From: Desulfotalea psychrophila LSv54
Lineage (GTDB): Bacteria; Desulfobacterota; Desulfobulbia; Desulfobulbales; Desulfocapsaceae
Direction: 5' to 3'
DNA: 32,000 nt
NCBI RefSeq assembly: GCF_000025945.1
Contig: NC_006138.1
Span: 2,520,001 to 2,552,000, forward strand
A model generated the notes under the pieces. The model saw only the letters and a list, made by a program, of their open reading frames with translations. It ran no database searches and was not told the origin of the DNA. Positions 26,596 to 32,000 of this stretch are shown one piece after another; the stretch's first letter is position 1; each line of letters starts with the position of its first letter. The position numbers and the translations under genes are program-made.

Positions 26596-28847
26596 TTACA
26601 AAAAACAACCTCACGAAGAAAATCTATCATCCATCTCCGTTTTTCCAACATTTTCTTTTGGGCGGGAATTAAATTAGTTGAGGTGATCTTCATAATACTC
26701 ATCTTATACTCAATGTGGCTGGCAAGACGGTTATCAATGTACCAGGCGTACATAAGCCCTAAGAGCAAACCAGGAGGTGTAAACATTTCGCCTGCATTGG
26801 TAAGCCTTGCATAGTTCAATTTGCTATCGCCTTCTGAATAGTTCATTCTGGCCAACAACAGCCATCGCTGCAACTCTCTATCACTAAAAAAGCAAACCCT
26901 CTCAGCAACAGGACGTAGACGCAAATGATAGACCTGTCCCAGTAGATCATCCCCTATAAAAAGATCCTCCATCTCCTTAGTCAGGGCATAGTTTCCTAAA
27001 AGGGCCTCGCCCAGGGCAATAAGAAATGCTAATTCAAAGGCCTTCTTACTTTCCAACTGGTCACTGCGAATTTTAATAAAACGATCCTTCGGATCATAAA
27101 AAGAAAAGACATTGTCCCATTTCTGATTTCTCCGCCAATCTTCCGGGGCAATGGCGCAAATACCAGAAAAATAGTCAAGATGGGCAAGGGGTATATCCGG
27201 ATGTTGCCAAAGAATACTGTATAAATAATCTCTGACGGCAGAAGTTGAAAATTGCTCAACAACTATTTGCTCAATACGCTGCTGCAAACACCTGTAGCGT
27301 TGCGCGGGCAATAAACTGGTAGAGCATGAGGTATCAACAATGGCACAGTATTTCTGGCGAAAACCCTCTCGGATCGGCAAGTCAAAGAGGTGTCGTGTTG
27401 TATAGAGTACACGTACAGCCTCGGCAAGCATTCTGGGATCATGCTGAATAAAGCCCTGTCTCTGCAAAGCCACCCTTGAATAAACGCCACATTCAACAGG
27501 TTCATAGCCCATCTCCTTGACCACCTCGCGATCGAGATAAATGGGAACCTTACCCTCTACGGCATAATCCTGAAGAACAGAGGCCGGCACATCGTCAAGA
27601 CTCAGACAGAGGATCTCCTCAAAAAGCCCCTTTGCCCCTCCCTGAATGTTATCCTCATAGGCGCGTAACATATCAGAAACACGAAACTTTCTGCTTGGAT
27701 CAGAGATGCTTCGGTCGGTCTCCCCGGTTTGCACCCAAAGATTAGAGACAAGAAGCTTAAGGGCATGAGTATTTGCTCGTACGGCCTCGGCTATCTTGGC
27801 TACTTTAAGTACAGGAATTATAGAGGTATAAAGACTACCAGGAGCAAAGAGAAGCAGATCAGCATCGGCAATATTTGCCAGCACCTCTTCATAAACCATT
27901 GGGCTCCCGCTAAAATCAACGGCAACAGAATCAACAGGGTAACCTCTATTACTGGTGCTCATCTTAAATTCACCAGAAATTTCTACTCCATTTGTATAGA
28001 GGGCATGTAGTTGAGACGGAGTTGAAGTGCAGGGCAAAACAGCACCGCTACCTACCCCTATCATCTGCCCCACCTCCTCCAGAGCATCCTTAATGGCACC
28101 ATGAATATGCTTTGAATTCTCCAAGAAAAAGAGATCCATCTCCACGTCCAGGCGACGATAAATAGCAGCAACAAGGAGCAGGTTGCCAAGGCAGTGAAAT
28201 CTTTTTCTCACAGCAGCCAGACGATCATCTGTTAAGAGATGCTGATATAACCCCCGCAAATACCCCCCCAGAACGGGGGGAAACTGAGCAAAATTGAGCT
28301 CTTCCATCAACTCATCTGAATGAACTGAAAGGGCCAGACGATAATTAAAAACACGACTCAACCCAGCGGTCAGTGACTGACTTTCAACAGTGGAGAGTTG
28401 ATAAAGGGCCTGTAGCTCTTTTAGTTGAACGGAAGAGAGCAGGACGTGGCGAATATCTCCCAGGGCAATCAGAGGAAGATCTTTAAGTAACTCTCCTGTA
28501 GACCCGCCATCATCGGTGACACAGACAACAGACTTCGTCCGGGGGAAAATCTCCTTAAGCCCCGTAAAGGAATCCTGCTGCCAGACAGGGAGACGACTAC
28601 TGCCACCAACAATATTGGCAAGACCGGAGCCACCACCAAAAATTACAACCTTAGCATCCTTTACATCTATAGAGGCAAGCTCATCGTAAAGACGAGAAAG
28701 CTCTCGTGCCGTCTCAGTTTTAAGAGAAGGAGACACCCCCTCCATCATCAGATGCACAAGTTTTTCCTGTATATTTTCCTGCCCCAGGATATCTAAAGGT
28801 GAACGTTGTAAGTTATCTTGAACATTAGAAAAAAAACTCTGTGTCAT
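26574..28847 (-). CDS. YvcK/CofD-family (UPF0052, gluconeogenesis-factor-like) protein with N-terminal extension, internal insertion and about 270-aa C-terminal domain of unknown function
   Basis: 757 aa. Family motifs appear in order: VVIFGGGSGLANIVGG, VVCVTDDGGSTGELL...LGDIRHVL, ADLLLFAPGSLYTSIIPVL, LLVSNLWVQTGETD and IQHDPRMLAEAV. Residues about 488-757 match nothing I recognise. Confidence 0.75.
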   Translation of the reverse strand: MTQSFFSNVQDNLQRSPLDILGQENIQEKLVHLMMEGVSPSLKTETARELSRLYDELASIDVKDAKVVIFGGGSGLANIVGGSSRLPVWQQDSFTGLKEIFPRTKSVVCVTDDGGSTGELLKDLPLIALGDIRHVLLSSVQLKELQALYQLSTVESQSLTAGLSRVFNYRLALSVHSDELMEELNFAQFPPVLGGYLRGLYQHLLTDDRLAAVRKRFHCLGNLLLVAAIYRRLDVEMDLFFLENSKHIHGAIKDALEEVGQMIGVGSGAVLPCTSTPSQLHALYTNGVEISGEFKMSTSNRGYPVDSVAVDFSGSPMVYEEVLANIADADLLLFAPGSLYTSIIPVLKVAKIAEAVRANTHALKLLVSNLWVQTGETDRSISDPSRKFRVSDMLRAYEDNIQGGAKGLFEEILCLSLDDVPASVLQDYAVEGKVPIYLDREVVKEMGYEPVECGVYSRVALQRQGFIQHDPRMLAEAVRVLYTTRHLFDLPIREGFRQKYCAIVDTSCSTSLLPAQRYRCLQQRIEQIVVEQFSTSAVRDYLYSILWQHPDIPLAHLDYFSGICAIAPEDWRRNQKWDNVFSFYDPKDRFIKIRSDQLESKKAFELAFLIALGEALLGNYALTKEMEDLFIGDDLLGQVYHLRLRPVAERVCFFSDRELQRWLLLARMNYSEGDSKLNYARLTNAGEMFTPPGLLLGLMYAWYIDNRLASHIEYKMSIMKITSTNLIPAQKKMLEKRRWMIDFLREVVFCKKRNDDD

Positions 28848-28938
28848 AGAATATTCCAGTCATATGAGGGCAATTTATCCAGGGAACATTGTGGGCGTCA
28901 CGACAGGAACCGTCACTGACACCCCAATAAAATAAAGC

Positions 28939-29705
28939 CTATGCCTGCTCCAGCTCCAGCAAATGCGCCTCAACCCGTTTTAGATCTTCTGGGGTGTCAA
29001 CTTCAATAGAGTCGTGCTCTGTCACCGTCACTCGAATCCTGTATCCATATTCAAGGGCTCGAAGTTGTTCCAGTTTTTCAAATTTTTCCCACTCTCCCTC
29101 CGGTAAAGCCACATAGGACAATAAAAAACCTTTACGATAGGCATAAAAGCCAAGATGCTTATAATAGGTTGGAATACCATCCTCCTCGGGATTTCTCTGA
29201 AAGGGAATGGGCGAACGAGAGAAATAGAGGGCATTGCCATTTTTATCAAAAACTGTCTTTACATGATTGGGATCATTGATCTCTTCTGGACGAATAATCT
29301 TATAGATAAGTGTCGACATGGGAAGAGAGGGATCCTCTATAAGAGGGGCTGTCACCTGCTCTATAACGGCCTGGTCAAAAAGAGGTTGATCACCCTGAAT
29401 ATTCACCACCACATCATGTTCAGAAATACCGATCTTCTCAGCGGCCTCTGCCAGCCGATCTGAGCCGGAAACATGATCTGAACGAGTCATTACATACTCT
29501 GCGCCAAAGGAGGACACACAGTCAGCAATACGTTGGTCATCGGTTGCACCCCAACCCGAGAAACAATATCCACCTGCTGAGCGCGCTCCACAACATGTTG
29601 GATCATTGGTTTCCCTGCTATAAGGGCCAGAGGTTTACCACGAAAACGATTTGACTCATAACGGGCAGGGATAATCGCAATAACTTTTGTTTTATTATCT
29701 TGCAT
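28939..29705 (-). pseudogene. kdsB: 3-deoxy-manno-octulosonate cytidylyltransferase (CMP-Kdo synthetase) interrupted by a 1-nt frameshift
   Basis: The N-terminal piece (frame of ORF 29490..29783, likely start ATG at 29705) reads [42 protein letters not shown]...VSRVGV. The other frame continues [35 protein letters not shown]...NIQGDQPL...GFYAYR...LEQLRALEYG, to the stop at 28939. Together they align end-to-end with E. coli KdsB. The junction is at the G4 run (minus strand) around 29545-29553. Confidence 0.85.
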
Positions 29706-29876
29706 ATAATTCACTATAATATATTGATAATGCGGTTGTTTATGGAGGCACTGCCCATAATGAGGACAGATACCCATGCACAAGAAAATCTTTCTTTTCC
29801 AGATGATTTACACTAACATGTAAAATCTTAGCTATTTTTTTATTTTTACTTCAAATACGCAGGTCAAGCAAATCCA

Positions 29877-30662
29877 ATGTTACATAATATAACACTTTCT
29901 CTTGTACCAGAAATAATCACAGATAATATACTCATAAAAGCAAAAGAAATCGCCCAGTTTCTTAATATTCCCTTAAGCGACAGAAGAGAAGAGTATCCCC
30001 AGGCCCTTATTTGGGACAGAGATGGTCTCAGTCTCTGCAGTATATCTGCAAAGGATGGTTCTCATGCTAAATTACTCTATATCGATTTTATGGGTGGTAA
30101 AAATGGCTATCGGCATGCAAACGACTGCACCACAAGGCAACCAATTGCCAAGGCTGTTGGCATCAAGCCCGGTTTTCGCCCCACTGTTTTTGATGCAACT
30201 GCGGGGATGGGAGGAGATGGTTTTGTTCTTGCCTGCCTCGGTTGCAGGGTCACCCTCTGCGAGAGATCGCCCATAATGTATACCCTCTTGCAAGACGGTA
30301 TTGAGCGGGCCAGACAGGATAGTGTTATGAATAAGATCATGGCAAACCTTGATCTTATTCATAACAACAGCAAGCAGTTCCTAGAAAACCATGGAACGAA
30401 TTACCACACCATCTATATGGATCCCATGTACCCCCATAAAAAAAAATCGGCTCTTAATAAAAAAGAGATGCGGGTTATACGTGATCTTGTCGGTGATGAT
30501 AATGACAGTGATAATCTACTGGAGACGGCGCTCACTGTTGCTGGGAACCGAGTGGTAGTCAAGCGTCCCAAAGGAGCGCCCTACATAGAAGAGAGAAAAC
30601 CACACCATGAAATAACCATGAAAAACAGCAGATTTGATGTCTACTTAACCTCCTACTTATGA
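29877..30662 (+). CDS. rsmJ: 16S rRNA (guanine1516-N2)-methyltransferase RsmJ (YhiQ family, class I SAM MTase)
   Basis: 261 aa with long collinear identity to E. coli RsmJ: AKAVGIK, VFDATAGMGGDGFVLACLGCRV..ERSP, YMDPMYPHKKKSALNKKEMRV, RVVVKRP and RFDVY. Confidence 0.9.
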   Translation: MLHNITLSLVPEIITDNILIKAKEIAQFLNIPLSDRREEYPQALIWDRDGLSLCSISAKDGSHAKLLYIDFMGGKNGYRHANDCTTRQPIAKAVGIKPGFRPTVFDATAGMGGDGFVLACLGCRVTLCERSPIMYTLLQDGIERARQDSVMNKIMANLDLIHNNSKQFLENHGTNYHTIYMDPMYPHKKKSALNKKEMRVIRDLVGDDNDSDNLLETALTVAGNRVVVKRPKGAPYIEERKPHHEITMKNSRFDVYLTSYL

Positions 30663-31114
30663 TATTTTTCGCCGGCCTTTATGGTGTAGGCCCTATAGAG
30701 CTGCTCGACTAAGAGAAGACGAACCATATCGTGGGTAAAGGTCATTTTAGAAAAGGAGAGGCGCAGATCAGCCCTGGCAAGGAGACTGGGAGAAAGCCCT
30801 AAGGGACCACCGATAAGGTAGCAGACACTTCTGGTCCCAGTATTTTCCCAATTAATCACCTGCTCAGCAAGTCCCTCGGAACTGAGATTCTTGCCCTGAA
30901 CATCAAGGGCAACCACAAAGGCGTTGGCAGGAACATTCGCCAGCAACAGCTCCCCCTCCTGCTCTGTGCTGAGCAAAGCACCTTTTTTACCCTTGCCCTT
31001 AAGATAGCGAAGTTCCACTTTAGTATAATGCTGCAAACGCTTCAAATATTCCTCTACGCCTTCGGCAATAAAAGAGTCCTTTATCTTACCGAGTAAGAGT
31101 ATTTCGTGTTTCAT
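30653..31114 (-). CDS. rlmH: 23S rRNA (pseudouridine1915-N3)-methyltransferase RlmH (SPOUT family)
   Basis: 153 aa with EYLKRL near the N-terminus, the LIGGPLGLSP SAM-binding knot, and the C-terminal TFTHDMVRLLLVEQLYRAYTI..G..YHK, the same pattern as E. coli YbeA/RlmH. Its 3' end overlaps the rsmJ 3' end by 10 nt (convergent). Confidence 0.92.
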   Translation of the reverse strand: MKHEILLLGKIKDSFIAEGVEEYLKRLQHYTKVELRYLKGKGKKGALLSTEQEGELLLANVPANAFVVALDVQGKNLSSEGLAEQVINWENTGTRSVCYLIGGPLGLSPSLLARADLRLSFSKMTFTHDMVRLLLVEQLYRAYTIKAGEKYHK

Positions 31115-31168
31115 AATTTTATTGTGATCTGAGAAAATAAGGCTATAAAAAAGCTAGATAGACAGTAG

Positions 31169-31558
31169 CTAGTTGGAAACAGAGGCAAGGTACTGGCGCA
31201 GCAGACCTGAAAAATCCGCATAGGAGTACTCTTTGTTAAGACCTGGACAAGACTCAGCGATGGTTATAAAATTTGCCTCATCGACAAGAATAGCTGGGTG
31301 CAAAGGCCATTGACGACATCTCCAAGGACGTCCCTCATGCACCTCACAGCCCTCTGAGCTAAAAAAAATACAGTGTCCATCAACTGTTTTCATTTGTACC
31401 TCACCAGCAGTCACACGCAGAAAACGTTCAAACATCTCTGAGCGTGATATACCAAGGGCACTCTGCATCCTTTCCTGGTCATCCTTATCAAGGGATACCG
31501 TAGACTCCCCCTGACAACAAAAGCCACATCTGGCGCATGCAAATATTTCTTCTCGCAA
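31169..31558 (-). CDS. YkgJ-family cysteine-cluster protein (putative zinc/iron-chelating domain, UPF0153)
   Basis: 129 aa with the CARCGFCCQG (CxxCxxCC) motif near the N-terminus and further conserved Cys (DGHCIFF, GCEVH, RCRQWP). TTG start with GGGGTGAG upstream. Function unknown. Confidence 0.7.
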   Translation of the reverse strand: MREEIFACARCGFCCQGESTVSLDKDDQERMQSALGISRSEMFERFLRVTAGEVQMKTVDGHCIFFSSEGCEVHEGRPWRCRQWPLHPAILVDEANFITIAESCPGLNKEYSYADFSGLLRQYLASVSN

Positions 31559-31630
31559 AGCTACTCACCCCACTATTTGATTTTTACTGAAGAACTCTTC
31601 ATTAAACAGCAGGCTATCCTACACTAAAAA

Positions 31631-32000
31631 TCAAGCATACCCAAGATTTTCATTAAAGGTGGTAATATCTATGCCATAGTAGGCGGCGGCAGCCTTCCAT
31701 TTTTCTCCGTCTGGCAAATCAAATATCACCTGTTCATCACCCGGCACAACAAGCCAGCTATTATCCCGTAACTCCAACTCCAACTGCCCGGATTCCCAGC
31801 CGACATAACCGACCAAGAAGAGATAATTGCGGGAACTGTTCTCCCCTACAACCAATTCGAGTAACTCTTTTTCTCGACTGAGGGAAATATTATCGGTGAT
31901 ATCTATGTGATTACCCTCATAGGGATGGGATCGATAGAGAACAAAGGCAGCATCGAGGGAAACAGGTCCGCCAATATAAACGGAGGGAAGCTCTGCCCTG
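31631..32000 (-). CDS. algH: YqgE/AlgH-family protein (UPF0301), N-terminus beyond the window end
   Basis: The minus-strand frame stays open to nt 32000: ...IGGPVSLDAAFVLY...FLVGYVGWESGQLELELRDNSWLVVP...KWKAAAAYYGID. This matches the GGPV and GYAGWxxGQLExE..N.WL signature of E. coli YqgE. The ORF-track start at 31855 (TTG) is internal. Confidence 0.85.
   Translation of the reverse strand, partial: RAELPSVYIGGPVSLDAAFVLYRSHPYEGNHIDITDNISLSREKELLELVVGENSSRNYLFLVGYVGWESGQLELELRDNSWLVVPGDEQVIFDLPDGEKWKAAAAYYGIDITTFNENLGYA

Noticed and set aside
178-30662. Overlapping convergent 3' ends (178-181 and 30653-30662) and the 7-nt gap between the GGDEF gene and priA (13823-13829), considered as possible antisense-regulation features.
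   Set aside because: Short convergent overlaps are common in compact bacterial genomes, and nothing in the sequence (no extra structure or conserved motif) suggests a special role.
1-32000. A window-wide scan for CRISPR repeats, tRNA/rRNA genes, IS elements or transposases, integrases, toxin-antitoxin pairs and known defence-system genes.
   Set aside because: I found no regularly spaced repeats, no tRNA T-arm/acceptor patterns (for example GGTTCGAATCC-like), no DDE, HUH or tyrosine-recombinase motifs in any long ORF, and no small adjacent ORF pairs typical of TA modules. The helicases present (PriA, HrpA) have canonical housekeeping architectures.

Overview
This 32-kb window reads as a chromosomal, mostly housekeeping segment at roughly 45% GC by spot counts. 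The gene content suggests an anaerobic Gram-negative, possibly a Desulfobacterota/Desulfobulbales-type organism, but that guess is inference only.

All family calls come from reading the supplied translations for diagnostic motifs. No BLAST or HMM search was possible.

Gene order:
- 3' end of an unknown gene
- EamA/DMT permease and a Crp/Fnr-family regulator (minus strand)
- dinB, sppA (67K type) and a CspA-type cold-shock gene with a long leader and a clean terminator
- a two-gene split cobalamin-dependent methionine synthase: a homocysteine-binding module, then a pterin/B12/reactivation module, joined by an ATGA overlap
- NAD-malic enzyme (minus strand), a KamA/EpmB-family radical-SAM aminomutase, and an HDOD-GGDEF diguanylate cyclase
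- priA (minus strand), hrpA, and a 40-codon hydrophobic ORF
- about 840 bp of gene-free DNA containing a decayed universal-stress-protein fragment
- a five-gene hoxEFUYH NAD(P)-linked bidirectional [NiFe]-hydrogenase operon (group 3d architecture), visibly more GC-rich than its surroundings
- about 320 bp of gene-free DNA
- a 757-aa YvcK/CofD-like protein with large extra domains (minus strand), then kdsB interrupted by a 1-nt frameshift (minus strand)
- rsmJ, rlmH (minus), a YkgJ-type Cys-cluster protein (minus), and a truncated algH/yqgE (minus)

I found no rRNA, tRNA, CRISPR array, transposase, integrase or recognisable defence system.

The items most worth a second look are:
- the oversized YvcK-like protein next to kdsB
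- the kdsB frameshift
- the island-like hox block with relic DNA on its flanks and no hoxW/hyp genes
- the split metH
- the enlarged priA N-terminus

Nothing here convincingly amounts to a new multi-gene system.
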